Source of the DNA: Stegostoma tigrinum
Lineage: Eukaryota
Length of the DNA: 64,000 nt
Assembly: GCF_030684315.1 (NCBI RefSeq)
Contig: NC_081391.1
Span: 13,555,342-13,619,341, forward strand
Reading direction: 5' to 3'
Shown here: positions 1 through 11,275 of the stretch, piece by piece
Layout of the letters: each line of letters begins with the position of its first letter
How positions within the stretch are numbered: position 1 is the stretch's first letter
Notes under the pieces: generated by a model
The model's input: the letters and a program-made list of their open reading frames with translations, nothing else
Told to the model about the DNA's origin: nothing
Database searches by the model: none
Translations under genes and position numbers: made by a program

Positions 1-1470
1 TTAGCCAATGTTGTTTTCCCCTGTTCAGAGGATTGCAAATGTGGTTCCCCTGTTCAAGAAGGGGAGTAGAGACAACCCTGGTAATTGTAGACCAGTGAGC
101 CTTACCTCAGTTGTTGGTAAAGTGTTGGAAAAGGTTATAAGGGATAGGATTTATAATCATCTAGAAAAGAATAAATTGATTTTGGGATAGTCAGCACGGT
201 TTTATGAGGGGAAAGTCATGCTCATGCCTCACAAACCTTATTGAGTTATTTCAGAAGGTGACTAAACAGGTAGATGAGAGTAAACTGGTTGATGTGGTGT
301 ATATGGATTTGAGCAAGGCATTCGATAAGCTTCTAAGGTTCCCCACAAGAGGCTATTGTACAAAATGTGGAGGAATGGGATTGTGGAAGATATAGCAGTT
401 TGGATCAGAAATTGGCTTGCTGAAAGAAGACAGAGGGCGGTAGTCGATGGGAAATGTTCATCCTGGAGACCAGTTACTAGTGGTGTACTGCAAGGGTCGG
501 TGTTGGGTCCACTGCTGTTTCTCATTTTTAATAGGTGACCTGGATGAGGGCGTAGAAGGATGGGTTAGTAAATTTGCAGACAACACGAAGGTCGGTGGAG
601 TTGTGGATAGTGACGAAGGATGCTGTAGGTCGCAGAGAGACATAGATAAGCTGCGGAGCTGGGCTGAGAGGTGGCAAATGGAGTTTAATGCAGACGAGTG
701 TGAGGTGATGCACTTTGGTAGGAGTAACCGGAAGGCAAAGTACAGGGCTAATGGTAAGATTCTTGGTAGTTTAGATGAGCAGAGAGATGTCGGTGTCCAT
801 GTACACATATCCTTGAAAGTTGCCACCCAGGTTGACAGGGCGGTTAAGAAGGCATACAATGTTTTAGCTTTTATTAATAGAGGGATCGAGTTCCGGAACC
901 AAGAGGTTATGGCGAAGCTGTACAAAACTCTGGTGCGGCCGCAATTGGAGTATTGTGTACAGTTCTGGTCACCCCATTATAAGAAGGATGTAGAAGCTTT
1001 GGAAAGGGTGCAGAGGAGATTTACTAGGATGTTGCCTGGTATGGTGGGAAGGTCTTACGAGGAAATGCTGAGGGACTTGAGGCTGTTTTCATTAGAGGGA
1101 AGAAGTTTGCGAGGTGACTTAATTGAAACATATAAAATAATCAGAGGGTTAGATAGCGTGGATAGGGAGAGCCTTTTTCCTAGGATGGTGACAGCGAGCA
1201 CGAGGGGGCATAGCTTCAAATGGACGGGTGAAAGATATAGGACAGATGTCAGAGATAGTTTCTTTACTTGGAGAGTAGTGAGGGAATGGAACGCTTTGCC
1301 TGCAACAGTAGTAGATTCACCAACTTTAGGTACATTTAAGTCGTCATTGGACAAGCATATGGACGTACATGGAATAGTGTAGGTTAGATGGGCTTCATAT
1401 CGGTATGACAGGTCGGCACAACATCGAGGGCCGAAGTGCCTGTACTGTGCTGTAATCTTCTATGTTCTAT
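1..1470 (+). mobile_element. CR1-clade LINE, 5'-truncated and decayed (RT domain, 3'UTR, TTCTATG tail)
   Basis: Broken ORFs contain LINE RT motifs ([53 protein letters not shown]). The element ends in tctatgttctat at 1470. Confidence 0.95.
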
Positions 1471-1654
1471 GGCTCCAACAGCAACGTTCAAAAGTTATGA
1501 CGAATAATCCTTCAGATTAACAATCCAACAGAATTCTGCAAATCTGTGATGACTGTGGCTTCACGCACAACCTCAGATAGAAAAGCGAAGGTTTAGAGTA
1601 TATTTTATTGTCATTTTCTGGCAAATACATTTACAGAATGTGCACTTGTAGAGG

Positions 1655-1840
1655 AGGTCAAAGATCATTCAGCAATTCCATCATCGACCAGTTGTCAACC
1701 GTGATTCGTTTCTGGATCCAGTTCCCATCCTGCACTGATTGGACGTGGCAACTGATCAATTGATTAACAAGAGTGATTGGCCATCACTGATGATGTCATT
1801 TCCTGCTTCATAAAAAGAGGGTCAGCCCCTGGGGTATAAA
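1655..1840 (+). promoter_or_regulatory. Proximal promoter of ferritin copy A
   Basis: DR1-like AGGTCAAAGATCA 1655-1667, two ATTGG (inverted CCAAT), ATCAATTGAT, TGATGTCA, TATAAA 1835-1840. The block is conserved upstream of seven copies. Confidence 0.75.
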
Positions 1841-1927
1841 TAGAGTCCCACGGGAATGATGTTGATTGTTCTTCCTAATTTTGTTATTTTGGTGGTGAGG
1901 AGAATAAAAGAAATTTATTGTCACAAG

Positions 1928-4900
1928 ATGGCCTCCCAGATCAGTCAGAACTATCACCAGGATTGTGAAGCTGCTGTCAACAAGCAGATTAATGTGGAGC
2001 TCACTGCCTCCTATCTCTATCAGTCTTTGGTGAGTGCTGTCTCTCGGGGTTAAACATATAAATCTGTTCTGTTGAAGTAAATTCTTTGCCTGGCCTCTAG
2101 TGAAGCTGACAATCTAGTAGATTGAGGTTTTGTGGCTCCTACCTAAATATCAGTTCAGGATAGAGGTGGTGTTACTATCACGATGGTGTAGGATACTGAT
2201 GTATGTTAACTCAGGTCCCAGTTGGCCTTCAGTGGTATCTGGAGGGTAAAAGCCTCTTGCTTTTGTTTTCTTTCTGACACAAGTTTCCTGACTTCATTTG
2301 CCTGATCTCTGTGGTGGTCCTAAACAAACATGCTGATTTTTTTTAACACTGACAATAACAATAACTTCCCTGTTGCAGTGGCCCTTGTTAGTCTGAACAA
2401 ACCTGAAGCTAGTCTGTGACTAGCATCTGTTTTAAGTAGATCTCCTTCATTGAGGCTGACTTGGCTTTACTTGTATTTATTGAAGATGTGGGTGTGGCCT
2501 ATCCCGTCCCTACTGAGAGTTGATCTGCTGTGTGTGAGAAATGTTGGATCCCCACTCTGCCCCTTCTCCACCCCACCCCATGCTGGGGCTGCTGGAATGT
2601 GCTGAGGCTATTAGCCCAGTGACAGTGAAGGAATGGAGGTTGTTCCCATATCATTTAGCTTGACCTAAAACAAAATGTCCCCTCTATCCCAGTGGTGATG
2701 TGCTTGTGCCCTTCCAAGGAGTAGACTGTGCTTGGAAGGTATGTGTTGAAGTAACCTTGGTGAGTGCTGCAGGGGACCTGGTAGGTAATGGACTCTGAAA
2801 GGAGGTGGTGAATGCAGTCCCCATGAAGTGGGCTGCTCTGTCCTGGATGGTGTCTGCTTCTTGCATGTTGCAGGTCCCCTTCTCCAGACACATGGAGAAT
2901 ATTCATCTCTCTCTGGGCTTGTGCCTGTTGTGAGGAAGTTGTCTTGTAATGAGGACTAAGTCCCTATAAGCCTCACTTGGGAGGTGGGACAGCTTTATTG
3001 GTGATCCAGTGGTTGGGGTTTAATCACTGTGTCCCAACTCTGTTGGCACATGCTTCCCAAGGATAAAATCCCGACTATCTTCTGCCATGACGTGTAACTA
3101 CCCACTTAAACCAGAGATTTTTGCTTGCCTGACTGTGGTTTTTGGATTTGTGGATTAAAGTAACTTTTCAGGAGTCCTTCCCCAGAATGTAACTCTTAGC
3201 TGATGCTTCCAATAGTGACGATTAGCTCTTAAACCCTTACATCGAATTGTGAACATGACAGTTTAGATATGAGTCACATGGGCTGAAAGCCGACAGGATT
3301 TTTTGCCTGTTTGGGTTAAGTCAGGGCAAGTGCTTTTCCAGGTTACTGTTTTCACTAGTGACATTATCTACAGGCCACTGATATTTGACATTTGATCATT
3401 TGTTTCAGTCATGTGACTTGGTGCAAGTTTCTGACAGCCTGAGTTTGCACTATTTTTAGGCAGAGCAATAACCCACTGCTGCAACGATCCAAAGGCTGTT
3501 ACTGGGCAGGCTTTCCTTGGCATTATCTTAGTGCTAAACATCATACTGAAGATAGCGTACCCGTGTAGAGTTAATGTGTACACTTATGTCCAAATCTCAT
3601 TGATCCTGGGTTTGTAGAAAACATTCTCCCTACTATTCATTGACTAGAACAAGGTTCAACATCTTTTTTGAAAGTTTACCTGAAAGGCAAAACACAGTGC
3701 CTTGTGGCTCCTCCATCCTGTGTACATCCTGTACGCCAGCTCCTGGCACTTCCTGAAACCCTGTTCAACCAGTAACTTCATCCAATTCTGTTGGAGATTA
3801 ATGAATAGAAGCATGAATTCAGCTCTGTCTCTCCACAAAGGCTGTGCCAGGCACTCCTGAGCTAATCACCAGTAGATTCAAACCAAAATAAAACAGTATT
3901 TTTGGTTCCAGGAGGAAGCTGGACTGTTGTGATTTTGCCCAGTTGCTGGTGAATTGAACAACACTGGGTTCACAATCTGTTCAGTGTCTGACACATGAGC
4001 ATGCCTTCTGTCAGTTTGGTTTGAGTGCTCAAGTAGTCTTGTAGTTGAGAACTGCAATGGGGAGTGAGCCAGTGATGTCGAATGTAACTTGAACTTGTTC
4101 TTCCAGATGTCCTACTTTGCCCAAGACGATGTTGCCCTCCCCCATTTCTCCCAGTTCTTCAAAGATCAGTTCCAGGAGAAGCGGGAACATGCAGAAAAGC
4201 TGCTGAAATTCCAGAATCAGCGTGGCGGCCGAGTCCTCCTCCAGGATGTGAAGGTTGGGGTTGGGTGGTGGGGGAGTGCAGGGTGGAATGGCTGCTCTTG
4301 CGGTGTCATCTCCAGTGACAAGATTTTCAGATCCTGAGCGAGTGTGGAAAGTTCTTTTGCTTGGCTTCCCTGTTTGCTCTCCTCCATCTCCAGTGTTTCA
4401 GCATTTATACAAGCCTGACTTCCATCAAACAACCACCTCAGCCTCACCTGCTCAAAGGACAAGGAAAACCCCAGCCTGTCCAATCTCTCTCCTCACAATG
4501 GATTTTCTGTCTCGGGGAAACAACCTGGGGACCCTCACCAGCACCCCCTGCAGTGCTATCCTGTCCTTCTGACTAGCGAGGCCAAAGATAGAATGCAGCA
4601 GAGGCCGGAAGAACAATTTTCATAAAATGTGTTCAAAGGACTTGTCCCTGTGCTGTTCCTCACAACCCTGCCCCAAACTAACACATGTTACTTGGCCTAT
4701 GTCCCCTTTCACACACAGTTTGCCTTGTGTGAGCATTGAGGGATCGATGATCCTGTGTTTATTGTAAGCACATTACTGCCCCCGACAATGAATTCAAGTA
4801 ATGATGGTTCTGACCATGCCGCTCGGGCATGTATGAGGCCACAAGCACAAGTGAGACTTGAACATCAGCCTTGTCAACCGGAGCTTGGGACACTACCGCT

Positions 4901-6136
4901 ACTTCCCCCACAGCCCTTGGGATTCACTCATGAATATCCTTTTTAAGACTCCAGCAGATGGACACTGGTGCAAATGACTAATCTGGTACATATTTATTCC
5001 CTGTGGTACAAGGATATGTTCCTGAACTTCCGGCTTCAGGTCAAGGATAAATGGGGCAAGGTGAAAGGAGTCACCAAGTAGCTAATGTTTTCTTTATCTG
5101 GACTTCAGGGATGGCACAGTGGCTCAGTGGTTGGCACTGTTGACTCAGTGCCAGGGGTACCAGTTTGGTTCTGGCCCGTGACGAGAGTTTAAACGTTATC
5201 CCAAAGCATAGCATCCCCACACAGTAGAAAAGAAGATTGGCAACTTGAAATGCAGGTTACACGAACAGGGTGGGAATGGGACCAGATGGGATGCTCTTCA
5301 GCAGTTATGGTCTCAGTGGGGTGAATGGCCTGCTCCCATGCTGCAGGGATTCTGTTTCTGAAGCTTACCTGTCCTTCTCTCCATCCATAGAAGCCAGAGA
5401 GGATTGACTGGGGTAACAGCCTGCAGGCAATTCAGGTTGCCCTGAATCTGGAAAAGAATGTGAACCAGAGTTTGCTGGATCTACACCAACTCGCCACAGC
5501 CCAGACTGACCCTCATGTCAGCTTCACCTCCTCATTCACATCACTGCTAGACCCTCAAGGTAACGTTTCATTGGTTGGTCTGTGTGGATTGGAAATTCAC
5601 TGAAGTAACACTTTCCATCCATTACTTTCCTGAACTATTGTAACATTGATCACTTGGGATCATACTGATTACAATGAGGTATAAGGGGAATTTGATCTAT
5701 AATCTAGTGGAAGTGCTGAAATGACGTTGGCCACTGAGTTCTTCATTAGTATCATTGCAGTGGAATGATCATTGTCCATCACAATCCAACTCAGCTCCAT
5801 TTCACAAACAGCAAGATGGAGCAGCTGACATGTTGTCCTCACTGGCACAAATTCTCCAGGTGTTAGCTCGCTTTTCAGGGCTGTCCAGAGCTAGTCATGG
5901 CTAAGTCTGTCTTGCAGTGGGAATTCTGAAATTGTCGTGGATAGTATAAATGTACCAAGTGTCATATTCCTCTGTTGCAGCTGTGTGACTTCCTGGAGAC
6001 TCACTATTTGGATGAGGAGGTGGAGATCATCAAGCAACTTGGGGACTACATCACCAACCTGAAGCGCCTGGGAGCCCCTGAGAATGGGATGGGAGAGTAC
6101 CTGTTTGACAGGCTCTCCCTGGAGGACAGCAGTTAG
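1928..6136 (+). CDS. Ferritin subunit, L/M-chain-like, copy A (176 aa)
   Basis: Exons 1928-2029, 4107-4253, 5391-5516, 5981-6136, with phase-0 GT-AG introns and the canonical vertebrate ferritin exon layout. Protein runs [18 protein letters not shown]...[11 protein letters not shown]. The ORF is intact but has several private substitutions. Confidence 0.9.
2690..2900 (-). mobile_element. Ancient LINE (L2/CR1-like ORF2 C-terminal) relic in intron 1, shared by the array units
   Basis: Minus-strand translation [12 protein letters not shown] resembles the LINE ORF2 C-terminal motif (KLDxIQxxAARxI). It recurs near 18900, 25740, 43480 and 50100. Confidence 0.5.
5107..5350 (+). mobile_element. tRNA-derived SINE in intron 2 (orthologous copy in every unit)
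   Basis: gggatggcacagtggctcagtggttggcac A-box-like head followed by a degenerate B-box. Same position near 15040, 21470, 28505, 37210, 45785, 52888 and 61400. Confidence 0.65.
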
Positions 6137-7794
6137 TGTGGCCTGGAGTACTGTCTGCTTGGTCTGAATGTATTCCCTACTTCACCCTGGACAACCTGTC
6201 TCCTTCCAAGGAGAAGGGGCTTGTAGCAAACAATGTAATGGCTGAACCAGCTGAGTGGAAATGAATGAAATGTATTGATGTTGCTTATTGTCCATCATTG
6301 AGACCCTTGATATTAAAGAGCTTTTGAGAGCTTCAAGCCTGTAATTTTGGCTAATGAAATTATTAATTTGACAGAATATTTCCCTGGTCTTCCCTCCAAC
6401 ACCACCCCAGCATCAGTCTCGGAATTCCCGTGGAACTTCCTCTAAGTTATGAATCCAAGTTATTCCTCCAGCCAGAACTTGAGGTTGGGGCCTGCGGGGT
6501 GTCAAGTCACTTTGTACTATTATCCCACACCCAGGTATGATGAATACAGGTGCAGCTAAAATTTTCATTGCTTTCGAAAGAGAAAACACCCCTGTTTGGC
6601 CGAAAGAAAGACTTGACACCCACTTTCACAGAAACAGGGCTGTAGGATGCTTTATGTTCATGTCTAGTTTGCTTAGCAATAGCTTCCCTGTCAACCTCTG
6701 TCAACCTCCACCAACCGAGACTGATTGCTAAAGTCCACACAAATCACAAGTTGATGCCAATGTAAATTCTGTGCCAGCTGGCTCAGCTTGCCTCAACAAG
6801 AGCTTAAGGGAAGAGATCCAGCAGCGTCCCCTCTCTAGCCTTGTGGAGGAACCAGCAATGCTGGGAGCAATAAAATTAAACTTAGCAACTGGGATCTGAC
6901 ACACCTGGTCTATTCTGTTCAAATCAATGTTATTACTTTTTCCTGACAGTGCATCCTAGATTCACTCAGACCCAGTTGAGGTTCAAGCCAAGACCAGCCC
7001 TGTGGCCTCCTGATCCCCACCACCAACTGCCTGCCTCCGGACAGCCATCAGCAGTTACTCACAATGACCAGTTCATTTGTTCCTTCGCCTGAGGAACATG
7101 CGCTGCCCTCCCAGGCGATATGGATTAAATACCCATTGTAGCTCGACAAGAAAGCTCACACGGGGGGAACCATTTCCCAGGAGTAATCCAAAGCTGTCCT
7201 AATGTGGCTTTGCTCCGTTTACTTCCTTGCTCTCTGCCAAGTCTTGGTCAAAAACCCCACCACGCCTAGTAATAAACTTCAGGCCAGCCAGCCCAGAGAT
7301 GGGAATATTCAGCACAAGTCTGCTTGAAAAAATTCACCTGAACTGGATGCACTTAATGGCACCTACAGCAGGATAATAGTGACCTGGGAATAACACAGCA
7401 ACGCTCCTGGTTAAATGCTGCCATTTGATTGGCTCTTGCTGCTCAAGCCAGCATTGAGCGCACTAAGCTGCTCCCTTGGTTCCTCTGAGCTTCCCCCACG
7501 GGGAGGGTTACTCCTGATGCAGGTTGATTTCACCCGATCACATTGAAGGAGCAGTGTGACTCAGGGAGGAGAACTGGAGATGCTGACTTTCCTGAATGGC
7601 TGCTTCCTTTATCTTTCGAGGTGTCAGAGATCGTGGTTTAGGGAGGGGGCTGTCAGAGACATCCTGGGGAATGTTTCAGGGAGTTTTGTAGCGAGTGCAC
7701 ACTGCAGCCTTCACTGAGGTGTGGGTCTTTAAGGCACTGAATGTATTTGTTCCACCACGTAGAGTTTTATTTTAAACCATCTTGAGTCTTGGGT

Positions 7795-8100
7795 GTAGAA
7801 TCCCTGCAGTGCGGGAAGAGGTTGTTCAGCCCATTTAGTCTGCACTGATCCTCTGAAGAAGTTGTTCAGCCCATTTAGTCTGCACTGATCCTCTGAACAG
7901 CATCTTGTTCAGACACACCCTGCCTTCTTACGCCATCTTTCCCACGGCCAGTCCAAAATAAACTGCATGTCTTTGGACTGTGGGAAGAGGCCCACACAGG
8001 CACGGGGAGGATGTGCAGCCTCCACACGTGACTGAAATTGACCCCAGGTCCCTGGCACTATGAGGCAGTAATGCTGACCATTAAAATACCCTGCCATCCA
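7795..8100 (-). mobile_element. tRNA-derived SINE in the intergenic spacer (orthologous copies in other spacers)
   Basis: The reverse complement gives a SINE head. The best-preserved copies are at about 23790-24130 and 48150-48495 (rc gggggctcagtggttaacac...ggttcaattc). Confidence 0.6.
7821..7897. repeat. Local tandem duplication, period 40 nt
   Basis: gttgttcagcccatttagtctgcactgatcctctgaa occurs at 7821 and 7861. The orthologous region at about 17400 has it once. Confidence 0.9.
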
Positions 8101-8226
8101 AAAGTTACAAAAAACAGGAACACTCTGTTGCATAGAATTAGAGTGAATGACTCGTTTCTCACGGAAACAGACCCTTCGGTCCTACCTGTCCATGCTGACC
8201 AGATTTCCCAACCTGACATAGTCCCA

Positions 8227-8418
8227 AGATAATAAAATGTGAGGCTGGATGAACACAGCAGGCCAAGCAGCATCTCAGGAGCACAAAATCAGAGACGAAG
8301 GGTCTAGGCCCGAAACGTCAGCTTTTGTGCTCCTGAGATGCTGCTTGACCTGCTGTGTTCATCCAGCCTCACATGTTATTATCTTGGAATTCTCCAGCAT
8401 CTGCAGTTCCCATTATCA
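8227..8418. mobile_element. Palindromic Penelope-derived mini-element with 14-bp target duplication
   Basis: Inverted arms ggctggatgaacacagcaggccaagcagcatctcaggagcac / gtgctcctgagatgctgcttgacctgctgtgttcatccagcc, flanked by ctgacatagtccca (8213-8226) and ctgacattgtccca (8419-8432). Confidence 0.85.
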
Positions 8419-9093
8419 CTGACATTGTCCCACTTGTCTGCCTTTGGCCCATATCCTTCTAAACCATTCCTTTCCATGCAAATCTCCAAATGTCATTTAA
8501 ATGTTGTAATTCTAACTACCTCCACCACTGTCTCTGACAGCTCGTTCTAACAATGCACACCACCTTCTGTATGAAAATGTTGCCCCTCATGTCCCCATCA
8601 AATCTTACCCCTCTCCCCTCAAACCGATGCCCTCTAATTTTGGACCCCACCTGACCCTATCACAGCATGCTTTTTATATACAGTCAATCTTGAGTGTGCC
8701 AATGGCAAGGCTACATTTAGTGCTCAGCAACTGTTACACTTCAGGAGATGGTGATGAGCTGCTTATTGCAGTCCACCTGGTGTCGGAGAGACCGGAATGA
8801 TGCTGCTGCTGTTGCTGAGGAGGGGCTTCTGGGATCTTCACTCACAAACACTGATATTATTCCAAGTCAGGATGGTGATGGATTTACTTGGAGCTGCTTC
8901 AGTGTCACTGGGGCGGCATTGAGCTGGAAAATTGCAAACTACTCCAGCATTATTCCCAACTTCAGTCTTATCGATGGTGAACAGACTCTGGAAAGTCTGA
9001 AGTAGAGTTATTCACAACAGAATTCCCAGACTCTGACTTGGTCTCAAAGCCATGAGCACATGAATTAGGATTGACCTCTGCCCATGGTTTCTT

Positions 9094-10494
9094 AGAAAAT
9101 AGAACCTAGAACAGTGCAGCACAGTTCACGCCCTTCAGCCCACGATGTTGTTTCGAACTTTTATCCTAAACCCAAGGACGATCTCACCTCCACTACCTTA
9201 TATCCATCTGCTTATCTAATAGCCGCTTAAAATCCCCTAACGAGGCCGACTCCACTGCACTCTCCGGCAATGCATTCCACGCCCCAGCCACTCTCTGAGT
9301 AAAGAACCTACCTCTGACATCCACCCTATATCTACCTCCACTCACTTCAAAACTATGCCCCCTCATAATAGCTAACTCCATCCTAGGAAAAAGTCTCTGG
9401 CTGTCATATCTGCCTATACTTATGATCATTTTGTACACCTCTATCAAGTCACCTCTCATCCTTTGTTCTGAAGAGAAAAGCACTCGTTCTCTCAACCTTT
9501 CTTCGTAAGACCTTCCCTCCATTCCAAGCAACATCCTGGTAAATCTCCTCTGCACCTTTTCTAACACTTCCACATCTTTCCTGGAATGAGGTGACCAGAA
9601 CTGGACACAATACTCCAGATGTGGCCGAACCAGGCTTTTGTATAGCTGGAGCATAACTTCACAGCTCTTGAAATCAATCCCTCTATGAATGAAAGCTAAC
9701 ACACCACATGCCTTCTTGACAACTCTATCCACCTGACTGGCAGCTTTCAGGGAACTGTGGACATGAACCCCGAGATCCATCTGCTCCTCCACACTGCCAA
9801 GAATCTTTCCGTTAACCCTGTATTCTGCTTTAAAATTTGTCCTTCCAAAAGGAATCACTTCACGCTTTTCAGGGTTAAACTCTGTCTGCCACTTCTTAGC
9901 CCCGCTCGGCATCCTATCAATGTCCTTTTGTAACCTGGAACAGCCGTCCACACTATCCACAAGTCAAATCACCTTCGTATCTTCCAAAAACTTACTAATC
10001 CGCCATTCCACTCCTACATCCAAATCATTTACCAAAATCGTAAATAGAAGAGGACCCTGAACAGACCCTTGAGGTACACCACTCGTAACTGAGCGCCATG
10101 TTGAATATTTTCAGTCAACTGTCACCCATGTCTTCTATGGGTCAGCCAATTCTGAATCCAATCTGTCTCATTTCCCCCGTCACATGCCTCCTGACTTTCT
10201 GCATGAGCCTGCCATGGGGAACCTTATCAAACGCCTTACTTCAATCCATGTATCCCACATTCACTGATCTACCTTCATCCACACGTTTGGTCATCCCTTC
10301 AAAGAATTCAATCAGATTTGTGAGGCATGATGTACGCCTCACAAATCCACACTGGCCATCACAAATCATACTGTGCCTATCCAAGTGATCATTAATTCTG
10401 TTTCTTACAGCCCTTCCCATTAATTTGCCAACCACTGACATAAGACTAGCTGGCCTGTAATTTCCAGGGTTACCCCATTCCCTTTTTTGAACAC
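9094..10494 (-). mobile_element. CR1-clade LINE, 5'-truncated, minus strand
   Basis: ORFs 9193-9960 and 10241-10522 give RT motifs (NYRPASLMS, SCLTNLIEFFE, LEYCVQFWSP). The 3' tail agaaaatagaacctagaac is at about 9094-9112. Confidence 0.95.
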
Positions 10495-11275
10495 ATGAAT
10501 AATATTCAAACTTGTCATTCAAAGCTAAAAGATAGCACTAGACTGCATCCTGCTTTTTGAAGCAGATATTGAGTGAAAGTAACTTGCTTCCACCAGTCTG
10601 TACATCAGTGCTGTGATCATACTCGAACGTTCATTGGGGATCCTCAATTCCCAAAGCCTCACAGGCCACCAGTGCATGGGAGGCTGCTCCATTCAACACA
10701 GTTGCTGAGCCATACATTCTACAGAATGTAATGTAAACAGGACCAGCCACTCTCCATTTGGAAACATGCTGGAGTTAAGCTCTCGATCTACTTCAAACAA
10801 ATAAAAACCAAACTTTGCGATAGAAAGTTTGCATGTGCTATACATTTCCAGCAGCAATGTAGACAGGGAGGTGTGAGGTCTACTATGCAGGAGAGGCACT
10901 CAGCACATTTAGCACCTTGCTTTTCAAACTGCACTTCATGAACCCAACGTCAAGGAGATCACAGCAGATTCAGAATGGATCCACAAAGGAATGAGCTTCC
11001 TGTATGAGGTAACCCAAAAGCACATTGTTTCTGTCGATGCACAGCAATAAGAAAATGTTTACTGTTAACAAAATCTGGCCATTTTTCAATGGGCTCCAAC
11101 GCTGTTATTCAACAAGTACAAAGACTAATCCCTCAGAGTAACAAACTGACAGAATTCTGCCAATCTGTGATGAGTGTGTCTTAAGATATAATCTCAGATA
11201 CAATCGTGAACGTTTAGAGTATATTTTATTGTCATTTTCACAGAGAAATATTTCCAGGATTTGCACTTGTGCAGG

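Noticed and set aside
447-1382. 311-aa ORF as a host gene
   Set aside because: It is a frameshifted CR1 reverse-transcriptase remnant.
1856-1927. In-frame upstream ATGs giving a hydrophobic 24-aa extension ([24 protein letters not shown]) in A and A', resembling a signal or targeting peptide
   Set aside because: The ATGs lie only 21-24 nt after the start of the TATA box, probably upstream of the transcription start. They are not conserved in the other units. 5' RACE would settle it.
5107-5180. Possible tRNA gene
   Set aside because: Only a degenerate A/B-box head continuing into SINE body sequence, with no cloverleaf.
8286-8325. Hammerhead motif in the older mini-element
   Set aside because: The core CUGANGA is mutated (agagacga), so it is not called as a ribozyme. 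The copies near 12940 and 18765 are also degenerate.
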